Shown: piece by piece, positions 19,452 to 27,676 of the stretch | Numbering within the stretch: position 1 is the stretch's first letter | How the letters are laid out: every line of letters begins with the position of its first letter | DNA from: an uncultured Methanosarcinales archaeon | GTDB lineage: Archaea > Nanobdellota > Nanobdellia > Woesearchaeales > JACPBV01 | NCBI GenBank assembly: GCA_964577685.1 | Contig: CAZNZT010000007.1 | Coordinates: forward strand, 1-64,000 | DNA: 64,000 nt | Direction of reading: 5' to 3' | Notes under the pieces: model-generated | Database searches by the model: none | Told to the model about the DNA's origin: nothing | What the model saw: only the letters and a program-made list of their open reading frames with translations | Program-made: the position numbers and the translations under genes

Positions 19452-20192
19452 ATGTATTTAGAGGAAATAGGTTATAAGTCAAGTAGAATTAAGGTCTTAA
19501 CAGATAAAAAGAAGTATTTTAAAGTAGCATTTGAGGAGTTAGTAAAACAAAGAAGTCTTATTGAATCTTATATTAGCAAGAATAAATTTTTTGAGGTTTC
19601 TTTAAAGCCTATTTCTGTTGGTAGAAATGTAGCTAGTATAATTAAGGTGATGGTGGAATCAGCTAGAGTTGCTAATGTTGGACCTATGGCTTCTGTAGCT
19701 GGAACTCTTGCTGAATTCGTAGTTAGGAGGATGATACAAGAAGGAGCAAAGGTAGCTATAGTTGAAAATGGAGGAGATATATTTGCTATTACTGATAGGC
19801 TTGTGAGGATTGGTGTCTTTTCTGGTAATAATATTTTTTCTGGAAAATTTGCTTTTGAGTTAGATAAACATAATACACCTTTAGCTATATGCTCATCATC
19901 TTCTTTCTTGGGCCATAGTTTAAGCTTTGGTGAGTGCGATTTGGCAATTGTTTTTTCTAATAGTGGCGGGATTGCTGATGCTGTTGCAACTGCTTTGGCA
20001 AATAGAATTATTCGGGAAGAGGATATAAAAGAAGGTTTAGAGTGGGCTGTTGGTTTAAAGGATGTTAACGGTGCAATGATTATTAAGGGTTCTAAGGTTG
20101 GGATGATTGGTGTTATTCCCGCTCTTGTTAAGGCTGAAGATAAAGATATTGGGAAAAAGGTAACAAAGGATATTTATTGGTTTGATTTTTAG
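19452..20192 (+). CDS. UPF0280/ApbE-like protein (MA1715-type, sulfide assimilation)
   Basis: VGPMASVAGTLAE, ENGGDI, ICSSS..LGHSLSFGECD, ADAVATALAN. Confidence 0.88.
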   Translation: MYLEEIGYKSSRIKVLTDKKKYFKVAFEELVKQRSLIESYISKNKFFEVSLKPISVGRNVASIIKVMVESARVANVGPMASVAGTLAEFVVRRMIQEGAKVAIVENGGDIFAITDRLVRIGVFSGNNIFSGKFAFELDKHNTPLAICSSSSFLGHSLSFGECDLAIVFSNSGGIADAVATALANRIIREEDIKEGLEWAVGLKDVNGAMIIKGSKVGMIGVIPALVKAEDKDIGKKVTKDIYWFDF

Positions 20193-20602
20193 AATTCTAG
20201 AGACATTGCCCCATATGGACACGCAGGTATACATGCCCCACATGCAATGCATTTTTCTTTATCAAATTCAACTTTCATTGTTTTTCTGTCTTTTATGTGT
20301 AGGGCTCCAGTTGGACAATGCACTATACAAGCTGAACAATGAGTGCATTTTTTTTCATCTCTTTTTATATCTTTTTCTAAGGGTTGTATTTTCACACCTA
20401 CATTTTTTAGGTATTCTATACCTTTCCTATAGTCTTTTTCTTTTCCTGATAACTCCATAATTAGGGTTCCAACACCCTCCTCTGGTTCTACCTTTGCTTT
20501 TAGTATATTAAACACTAGGTTATGGTCTTTTATTAGTTTGTATATTATTGGTTTATCAACGATATTCTTTGGGAAATGCAGTACGAGTTTTTTTCTTATT
20601 AT
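20189..20602 (-). CDS. NIL domain + 2x[4Fe-4S] ferredoxin (MA1822-type). Real gene extends upstream of the ORF-track GTG 20515; probable ATA start at 20602
   Basis: Frame open to 20608 (IIRKKLVLHFPKNIVDKPIIYKLIKDHNLVFNILKA = NIL N-terminus). Two CxxCxxCxxxCP motifs. SD AGGTGAT at 20614-20608. Confidence 0.85.
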   Translation of the reverse strand: MIRKKLVLHFPKNIVDKPIIYKLIKDHNLVFNILKAKVEPEEGVGTLIMELSGKEKDYRKGIEYLKNVGVKIQPLEKDIKRDEKKCTHCSACIVHCPTGALHIKDRKTMKVEFDKEKCIACGACIPACPYGAMSLEF

Positions 20603-20608
20603 CTTAAA

Positions 20609-21829
20609 TCACCTTTTTTTTCGGAGAGGTAATTTTTCTATGGGTTTGTTTAATAAAAATTTTGCTTTGCTTATTTCTTTCTTAAGTATTTTTGCAATTT
20701 CTCTTGCTTTTGGATAAGAAGAGAGAGATGCTGTTGGAACTTCTTTTCCGTTTATTTCAATAATACCTGATTTTAGTTCTTTATAATTTTTTGTTCCCAG
20801 TGTTTTTGTTTTGCAATTTGGATAATCATATGAATAGTCTACTATTGGTGCTTCTAGGTCTTCATCCTTTAGTGCAGCATATTTTGTGGTTTCTTCGCTT
20901 AATATGGGGATTGGAATCCCTATCCCCAAGGTTAGTGTTGCGCCGTAACCGTACATTGATGTTCCTCTTATGTATTCTGGGTTCATTTCCTTTAGATTTC
21001 CGATAAGTGCTAATGTTCCAGCCCCTCCTATGGGGCATCCTTTTTTGTTTCTCTTAATAAAGGGATTATGCTGTGTTCCGTACCAGTAAACATAACCATG
21101 TGTGCCGCCTATCCATACTTTTGTTCCTATTCCAATCGTTTTATAGTATGGGTCTTTTAATAAGGGTGAGAGCTGACCTGCAGAGCAATATGTTGCGTTT
21201 CCCATGTTTGGCTTTAGTATTCCCATGTATGTATAGATTGTTTTTTTAGATTTGTTTACTGCTATGTTGTAGTTTTGATAGCAATTTCTTGGATTGCATA
21301 GATATGCTTCATTTATTTCTTTTATGTTAATCCATTTTTCTATTCTTTTTCTAGGATAGCAGTCAGTACCATAGCTTTCTGCTCTTAGTTTTATGTCTTT
21401 GCCAGCTATTAGGTCTTGGATTACATGGCCTCCACCATACTTGAAGCTTCCTTTTCTATTAGTATTTCCTGCATCATTTTCTTGAATTTCTGTTGCCCCA
21501 ATATAGATATCAACTGCGGCTAGTCCAGCATATGCAGGGACATCATTTAGCCATGCTTTTTTTATCTTCATTTTTGGATTGGTATGGCCTAGATTTATGA
21601 ATGCACCAGAAGAGCACATCGGGCCAAATGTAGCTGTTGTTACTACATCTACTTCTTTTGTTGCTTTTTTTATCCCTTTTTTATCTACAAGTTCAATAAA
21701 TTCTTCTGCCGTTAGAACAACAGCTTCTTTATTTTTTATTTTTTTGTTTATTTCTTCGTATGTTTTTTTCATCTTTGCCTTTTTTCTATTATTCGTATTT
21801 AAATAACTTTTTGCTTTGATTATTCTCAT
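20609..21829 (-). CDS. Homocysteine biosynthesis protein / L-aspartate semialdehyde sulfurtransferase (DUF39, MA1821-type, no CBS pair); likely start ATG 21772
   Basis: KTYEEINKKI, VDVVTTATFGPMCSSGA, GLAAVDIYIGATE, YGGGHVI, YGTDCYP, PRNCYQNY, TIGIGT. TATA about 25 nt upstream of 21772. Confidence 0.92.
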   Translation of the reverse strand: MRIIKAKSYLNTNNRKKAKMKKTYEEINKKIKNKEAVVLTAEEFIELVDKKGIKKATKEVDVVTTATFGPMCSSGAFINLGHTNPKMKIKKAWLNDVPAYAGLAAVDIYIGATEIQENDAGNTNRKGSFKYGGGHVIQDLIAGKDIKLRAESYGTDCYPRKRIEKWINIKEINEAYLCNPRNCYQNYNIAVNKSKKTIYTYMGILKPNMGNATYCSAGQLSPLLKDPYYKTIGIGTKVWIGGTHGYVYWYGTQHNPFIKRNKKGCPIGGAGTLALIGNLKEMNPEYIRGTSMYGYGATLTLGIGIPIPILSEETTKYAALKDEDLEAPIVDYSYDYPNCKTKTLGTKNYKELKSGIIEINGKEVPTASLSSYPKAREIAKILKKEISKAKFLLNKPIEKLPLRKKR

Positions 21830-21961
21830 TGGAATTTTGTTTATTGTTTGTTTTTGTTTATTAGATAAGATTATTCAATTGCTTATTCAATTAGGGTTGT
21901 ACTACTTGAAAGTTTATTGAAAAGAAAAAATATATAAACAACTACAAAGTTTTATTTATTT

Positions 21962-22579
21962 ATGGAGTTGGTAGGGAAGAATAAAGTTGTTTTTGGGCCA
22001 AGGACATTGTATGAGGCGTATTTTGGTTATAGGAATATCTTTATTGATATTTCTATGGTTGTGCTTAGTGTTGTATTTATGGCAATAATGGCTAATATAA
22101 GGATTCCTCTTTGGCCTGTTCCTATAACAATGCAGACTTTTGGTGTTTTTTTGATTGCCTTCTTTTTTGGTTCAAGGAAGGGAGTGGTAAGCATTCTTGC
22201 TTATATCCTTGCTGGCGTTTTGGGATTTGGTGTATTTGCAGGATATAAATCCGGTTTTGCAGCAATTATGGGTCCAACTGGGGGCTATATTATTGGGTTT
22301 CTTTTTGCTGTTTTTTTTGTAGGATATCTGATAGAAAGGGGCTATGGAAGAACAAAGATGTCTGTTTTTGTTTGTATGGTTATTGGAAATATAATCATAT
22401 ATTTCTTTGGACTTATTGGGCTAAGGCTTTATTTTCAGAATGCATCTTTTTTTAAGATACTAACTATGGGGCTTTTCCCGTTTCTTGTTGGTGATTTCTT
22501 GAAGATTCTTGGAGCGGTTTATTTGTTTCCTTATCTCTGGAAGGGAAGCGAGAGATTTAGGATAACAAGGCAGAGTTAG
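21962..22579 (+). CDS. bioY: Biotin transporter BioY
   Basis: PVPITMQTF, GPTGGYIIGF, PFLVGDFLK; multiple TM helices. Confidence 0.93.
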   Translation: MELVGKNKVVFGPRTLYEAYFGYRNIFIDISMVVLSVVFMAIMANIRIPLWPVPITMQTFGVFLIAFFFGSRKGVVSILAYILAGVLGFGVFAGYKSGFAAIMGPTGGYIIGFLFAVFFVGYLIERGYGRTKMSVFVCMVIGNIIIYFFGLIGLRLYFQNASFFKILTMGLFPFLVGDFLKILGAVYLFPYLWKGSERFRITRQS

Positions 22580-22959
22580 TATACCTGTCTAATTAAATCA
22601 GTAGTTGTTACTATTCCAACAAGTCTGCCGTCCTCAATAATTGGGAGCCTTCTTATATTGTTGAGGTTTAGAATTCTATTCACTTCAGCTACTGTTTGGT
22701 CTGGGACCCCTGTAATCAGGTTGGTTGTCATTATGTCTTTTGCCTTAATGTTTGATGGGCAGATATTTAGTGCAATTACCTTTCTCACTAAATCTTTTTC
22801 AGTGATAATGCCTTCGATTTTATCTTTGTTGGCAATAATTACACTGCCTATGTTATGCTTCTCCATTAATTTTGCTATATGATAGGCTGTTTTGTCTTTT
22901 GTGGTTGTTATTACATTTTTAGTCATGATTTCTTTTACTTTCATCTGTTTTATAGTCAT
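22576..22959 (-). CDS. Stand-alone CBS-pair protein
   Basis: VKEIMT..VIT...GIITEKDL and AKDIMT...RRLPI..GRLVGIVTTTDL. Confidence 0.9.
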   Translation of the reverse strand: MTIKQMKVKEIMTKNVITTTKDKTAYHIAKLMEKHNIGSVIIANKDKIEGIITEKDLVRKVIALNICPSNIKAKDIMTTNLITGVPDQTVAEVNRILNLNNIRRLPIIEDGRLVGIVTTTDLIRQVY

Positions 22960-23051
22960 TTGCTTTTGGATATATAAAGCTATCTTTGTTGCATTATTGT
23001 AAAAACGATTTTTGCCTCTGGTGATTGATAAAACCGAAATATTTAAATATT

Positions 23052-23194
23052 AATTACATAAGAATTACATAAAGAATATGATAAGATTATATTTTTATTG
23101 TCTTTTATGGTTTACCTTCTTTCCTAACGCTCTTATTGTTAGTTTTGTCTATTATATTTTTTGTAATACAAAAAGAATACAAAAAGAATACAAG
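23052..23194. repeat. Two short arrays of about 11-bp direct repeats (AATTACATAAG x2; AATACAAAAAG x2.7) downstream of a TATA box
   Basis: Arrays at 23052-23074 and 23165-23194; TTTAAATA at about 23042. Confidence 0.6.
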
Positions 23195-23212
23195 AAAATT
23201 ACTACAATATGA
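23078..23212 (+). CDS. Possible 44-aa hydrophobic small ORF
   Basis: MIRLYFYCLLWFTFFPNALIVSFVYYIFCNTKRIQKEYKKITTI*. Its stop overlaps the next ATG (ATGA). Could be chance. Confidence 0.3.
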   Translation: MIRLYFYCLLWFTFFPNALIVSFVYYIFCNTKRIQKEYKKITTI

Positions 23213-23352
23213 AAATAAGAACATTGAATGTTAGGTTGCCAAGGGAGATTGTTGATTGGCTTGATTCCTTAGTAAAGAGGGGTGTCTATAAGAGTAGGTC
23301 TGAGGCTATTAGGGACTATGCTAGAAAGTATATTGAGGGTAAGACCAAATGA
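23209..23352 (+). CDS. Ribbon-helix-helix (CopG/NikR-like) regulator, 47 aa, not in ORF track
   Basis: MKIRTLNVRLPREIVDWLDSLVKRGVYKSRSEAIRDYARKYIEGKTK; classic xSRSEAIR motif; ATGA overlap with the next gene. Confidence 0.88.
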   Translation: MKIRTLNVRLPREIVDWLDSLVKRGVYKSRSEAIRDYARKYIEGKTK

Positions 23353-23633
23353 CTGATGTAATGGTGTCAATAAGGCTTCCAGAATCTCTTTTTTTAGAGC
23401 TCAAGAGGTTGGCTGAGAAGGAGCATTATATGGATATAAGTGAACAGATAAGGTCTATAGTTAGAGACAAATGGTTGTATTATAAGCAGCCTGAGTTGAT
23501 GGAGTTAAAGAAATTGAGAGAGGGGATTAAGAAGGAGTTAAAGAAAAAAAGTGAAAAGATGCTCAGGCTTGAGATAATAAAAGAGCTTGAAAAAATCAAA
23601 GAAGAAATAAGAAAAGAGGGTTTGCTTAAATGA
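23349..23633 (+). CDS. RHH-domain protein with C-terminal coiled coil
   Basis: MVSIRLPESL..ELK.......DISEQIRSIVR. Confidence 0.8.
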   Translation: MTDVMVSIRLPESLFLELKRLAEKEHYMDISEQIRSIVRDKWLYYKQPELMELKKLREGIKKELKKKSEKMLRLEIIKELEKIKEEIRKEGLLK

Positions 23634-26600
23634 GCAGAAAAATAAGAATAAAGATATTTTTGATGCTCTTCGTAGTATTCTTAATTATGGTATCTTCTAA
23701 GGGGACTACTTCCGATCCTTCTAGAAAAATAGAGATCAAACTTGAATATAAGAATGGTTCAGTTTGGGATAGTGATGATGATGGGATAGAAACTGATAGG
23801 TCTGCAATAGACTTTACTGTTGAAAATACAAGGTTTAACTGGAATGTTGATTATAGTAAGCTTTGTACAAAGTGGGATATAGAGAGTATTGATGGTAAGG
23901 AGACTAGAAGTTTATGTTACGGGAGTACTAAATGTTGTGGTCTGGTGGGTTTGAATTCTACTGGCAATAAATGGAATGATAGTTTATATTTGCAATACGG
24001 CAGGGATGTGTTCTCAAGGAATAATAGGGTAAGTGCAAGAGTGATATATGTAGATTATATGTTGGATATTGAAAACCCTTATTCTTATATCTATTACAGT
24101 GATGTTGATTACCTATATGCTGTTTATCTTGACAATAGTTATTTCAATAGTATTTTAGCACAGGATAAGACTTCAGATAGGAAATATATGGCTGTTTTAA
24201 GTTCGTTTGAGAATATAAGGGGTGGTGGTGTAATAGATAAGATTGTTCTTAGTGACATAAATGGCAATAAGGTATTTGGTTTGAACAACAAAAGACTTAA
24301 TCTTTCTTTTTATATAAATAAGACTAATTCCCCTCTGTCTATTTCAATAATTAATTTTACAGGGAAAATTGCAAGATGGGAGAATCTTGAAAGAATATCA
24401 GTTAGACTTGATGATATTGCAGATATAGTAAGTAATCATAATGTTATAGTGAGAAAGGCTGTTACTATTAAGAATATAGATAAATTCTTGTCTGGTGGCT
24501 ATAAGGGGATTGTAAATTTCTATGTTAGAGGAGTATTGTATAGTGGGGTTATGCATTGTGATGGTGTCTGTAAGGTAATGAGGGAGTGTGAAGGGCAAGA
24601 CACAGATTGTTACCGGAGGGTAGGGGATAATATCATTGTTTTTGTACCACATTTCTCTTCAGTTATTTTGTTCTTGAATAGCTCAGCAATAAATCTCACG
24701 ATAATAAGTCCAGATAATTCAACAGAACTTACTAATGGTGAAGACTTGTACCTGAACTTTACAACAAATTTAACAGTAAGAGCAAAATATATGTTGGATG
24801 ATGGTGAGCAGATTGACCTTGGCAATAATAAAACATTTTTCTCAGTAATAAATGGTTCTTTGGAGTTTGGTGTAGTTGATAATGGGAGGCATATCTTGTT
24901 GATAAGCCTGATGGATAATAGTTCAGGAATAGCAAATTATAGCTATAGCTTTATTGTTAATGATACATATGCCCCAGTCATTGATGTTACAGTTGATAAC
25001 TCTCCTTTGAATAACTCTTTGTTGAATAGCTCAGAAATTGAGGTAAATATCTCTTCCAGTGAATATGGAAAATTAATGTATAGGCTTAATAATGGTACAT
25101 CTAGAACTAGAAGCTTTGATATAAATAGGATAGTATTAATCAATCTTAGCTTGAATGAGGGGATGAATAGTTTGGAGATTAATGTGAGTGATATGCATAA
25201 TAATAGCAATCTTCTTTTTTATTATTTTAATCTTACACCCAGACCTTCTTGTGCCGATGGCATAAAAAATGGCGATGAAACAGATATTGATTGTGGGGGC
25301 TCCTGTGGAGCTTGCATACCCTTTACTGTGACATTGAATAAGGATGTTTTTGAATTAGGAGAGGATGTGATTGTAAACATACTTTCTAGGATAAATTCAA
25401 GTGTTGATTTAGTTGTTGTTAATAATGGGAATGTTGTTTACAGCGAACACATTACTAGCTATTCTCCTGATTATCCTATTTATGTTACTAAGACAATTGA
25501 TAACATTAATGAGGCAGGGGATTATATGGTTAATGCAACAATGGATTACAAAGGGCATAGAGAAACTAAAATTCTTTACTTCTATGTTAACGCTGCTCCT
25601 GGGAACCCTTTGTCTGTGACAATTGTGCCAAATAAAACAACAGCAAATGAGGGTGAAGTTATAGGCTTTAGGGCAGTGGTTACTGGAAATACAAGCAGTG
25701 TTAGTTATAATTGGGACTTTGGTGATGGTTTTACTTCCACAGAGGAAACCCCAACACATACCTATTATAGTAACGGGAGTTATACTGTTAATTTAACAGT
25801 GTTGTGGGATGGATGGATAAAGTTTGCAACAACAAAAATCACAGTAAAGAAGTTAATTAATGTTAGTATAATTGTGAAGAACGAATCAGGTAGCCCTCTT
25901 AGTGACGCATATGTTGGGATTGAAAATGAGGAAAAGGTTACTGGTGCAGACGGTGTTGTTTCTTTTCTTATAAATCCTGGTGTCTATGATATTGGTGTTT
26001 ATAGGGAGGGCTATGAAGTATTCTCTAATGTAACTAGGATATATAGAAACATGACTGTTGAGGTTAGGCTTCGTAAAAAAGATGATAATAACGAAGCTCC
26101 AGTTATTGTTTTGTCTGGCCCTGATGATAACATTATGATAGATGATAGTAATTTTACTTTGTATTACAAGGTAATGGATAGCTCAAATGTTAACTGTACA
26201 TTGTATATAAGTTTTGAAGGTGGATGGTGGATAGAGAAAGCATCCCAGCATGGTGTGGAGCCAGATAAGGAAAATACTCTTGTTGTAGATAATCTTGATA
26301 ATGGTGTATACCAGTGGAAGATTGAGTGTATTGATGATTCAGGTAATTCTGGTACAAGTGAAATAAGAAATATTCGTGTTAACAAGTCAGAGATAAAAGA
26401 TGAAGATGATACAATAGAAAATGCTGTTTCTATAATAGATGAAGCTCTCTCAAATTTAGAATATCTTGGCAAGAACGAGAATGATGCTGCCTCATCCCTC
26501 CAACTAAAGAAAACATTAGAGAGAGCAAGGAGGGATTTAAGATGGGCTCAGAGGGATTTACATAATCTCATATGGAGAAGATTAAACAAGACAGAGAAAG

Positions 26601-27673
26601 AAGAGGTAAAGGCCTCTATTTTGGAAAGAGTAGAAGATATAAAAAGAAGGACTCCTAAGGCTGTTAGGGTAATAGATTCAAAAGATTTTGTTAGTTATCC
26701 TTCAAGAGAGGATGTTGATAATATGTCTTTGTTATTTTTGGAATCCAAGGGTAGGAGATATAAGAAAAAGGAAAGAGAGGCTTATTCAAAATACAATCAA
26801 AGACTTCAGGGTTCCATAAGCATAATGACGAAATGGATGGTAGTTGATGTTGAATATCTTTCTGGAGATAAGGGAACGGTAACGCTTCTTAATAAGGTAA
26901 TCAAGGCTAAAGGCAATTTAACAGATACTAGTATAATAGAATCAATTCCGAAGAGGATAGCATCAAATACAAGCCGTATTAATGCACTATTTAAGTTTGA
27001 TGTTGTTGTTGAGGATCCAGTTATAAGAATCCCTATGCCTCTGGAAGAATATTCTTATTATTTCAACGGAAGGATAGAGCTAAATGATATAAAGAATATA
27101 AAGTCTGTTTTGGTTTATAATGATGTAGTTGATGTAAATCCTGTTGTAGGCTTTGCTGTTTTTGGTGGGGTTTACTCTAAAATTGTAGAGTCTGGTAGTT
27201 TAAGATTGGTTATTGAAATATTCGTGATTGTAATATTGCTTATTATTTATCTTAACTTCAGTGGTGCATTTACAAAGGTAAAATATTTAATAAAGGATAG
27301 GAAGGTGATGGAGGAGATTAGAGAAATTGATAAGAAAATAGATGAGGCATTTGAACAATTGCAAACTAATCAATATGAGAAGGCAAAGTCTAGTTATGTT
27401 GATATAAGTCAAAGATTTAAGAAATTGCCTAAAGAATTAAAAGAAGAAGTCTATGGTAAGATATCAGAGCTTACTAACAGACTTGATGCTCTTTATATAA
27501 ACAAGCTGATTGATAGGGCTGTTTATAGTCTTGAAAGTGGGCAGAAAAAGGAAGCACTATTAATTTATAATAAAATATCTAATATTTATAAGAAAATTTC
27601 CCCTAGGTTTAAAGGTGCAGTCCTAGAAAGATGCAATGAGCTTTATAAGAAGATACAAGCTGCTAAGGACTAG
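23630..27673 (+). CDS. Large membrane-anchored surface protein: Cys-rich N-domain, Ig-like, PKD, carboxypeptidase-regulatory-like, TM, cytoplasmic helical repeats
   Basis: Signal peptide; SCADGIKNGDETDIDCGGSC; PKD motif YNWDFGDG..PTHTY..GSYTVNLTV; C-terminal TM. Confidence 0.85.
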   Translation: MSRKIRIKIFLMLFVVFLIMVSSKGTTSDPSRKIEIKLEYKNGSVWDSDDDGIETDRSAIDFTVENTRFNWNVDYSKLCTKWDIESIDGKETRSLCYGSTKCCGLVGLNSTGNKWNDSLYLQYGRDVFSRNNRVSARVIYVDYMLDIENPYSYIYYSDVDYLYAVYLDNSYFNSILAQDKTSDRKYMAVLSSFENIRGGGVIDKIVLSDINGNKVFGLNNKRLNLSFYINKTNSPLSISIINFTGKIARWENLERISVRLDDIADIVSNHNVIVRKAVTIKNIDKFLSGGYKGIVNFYVRGVLYSGVMHCDGVCKVMRECEGQDTDCYRRVGDNIIVFVPHFSSVILFLNSSAINLTIISPDNSTELTNGEDLYLNFTTNLTVRAKYMLDDGEQIDLGNNKTFFSVINGSLEFGVVDNGRHILLISLMDNSSGIANYSYSFIVNDTYAPVIDVTVDNSPLNNSLLNSSEIEVNISSSEYGKLMYRLNNGTSRTRSFDINRIVLINLSLNEGMNSLEINVSDMHNNSNLLFYYFNLTPRPSCADGIKNGDETDIDCGGSCGACIPFTVTLNKDVFELGEDVIVNILSRINSSVDLVVVNNGNVVYSEHITSYSPDYPIYVTKTIDNINEAGDYMVNATMDYKGHRETKILYFYVNAAPGNPLSVTIVPNKTTANEGEVIGFRAVVTGNTSSVSYNWDFGDGFTSTEETPTHTYYSNGSYTVNLTVLWDGWIKFATTKITVKKLINVSIIVKNESGSPLSDAYVGIENEEKVTGADGVVSFLINPGVYDIGVYREGYEVFSNVTRIYRNMTVEVRLRKKDDNNEAPVIVLSGPDDNIMIDDSNFTLYYKVMDSSNVNCTLYISFEGGWWIEKASQHGVEPDKENTLVVDNLDNGVYQWKIECIDDSGNSGTSEIRNIRVNKSEIKDEDDTIENAVSIIDEALSNLEYLGKNENDAASSLQLKKTLERARRDLRWAQRDLHNLIWRRLNKTEKEEVKASILERVEDIKRRTPKAVRVIDSKDFVSYPSREDVDNMSLLFLESKGRRYKKKEREAYSKYNQRLQGSISIMTKWMVVDVEYLSGDKGTVTLLNKVIKAKGNLTDTSIIESIPKRIASNTSRINALFKFDVVVEDPVIRIPMPLEEYSYYFNGRIELNDIKNIKSVLVYNDVVDVNPVVGFAVFGGVYSKIVESGSLRLVIEIFVIVILLIIYLNFSGAFTKVKYLIKDRKVMEEIREIDKKIDEAFEQLQTNQYEKAKSSYVDISQRFKKLPKELKEEVYGKISELTNRLDALYINKLIDRAVYSLESGQKKEALLIYNKISNIYKKISPRFKGAVLERCNELYKKIQAAKD

Positions 27674-27676
27674 AAG

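Noticed and set aside
20609..20611. Selenocysteine at the in-frame TGA
   Set aside because: The position is in an inter-domain linker, not a catalytic Cys site; no SECIS or sel genes were seen; the TGA is explained by the SD overlap.
19257..23000. Integrated element with tRNA-Cys att site
   Set aside because: No integrase and no duplicated tRNA 3' fragment seen.
23209..23633. Toxin-antitoxin modules (also the AbrB-like genes at 47623 and 53909)
   Set aside because: No PIN, RelE or MazF toxin follows; the downstream genes are surface proteins.
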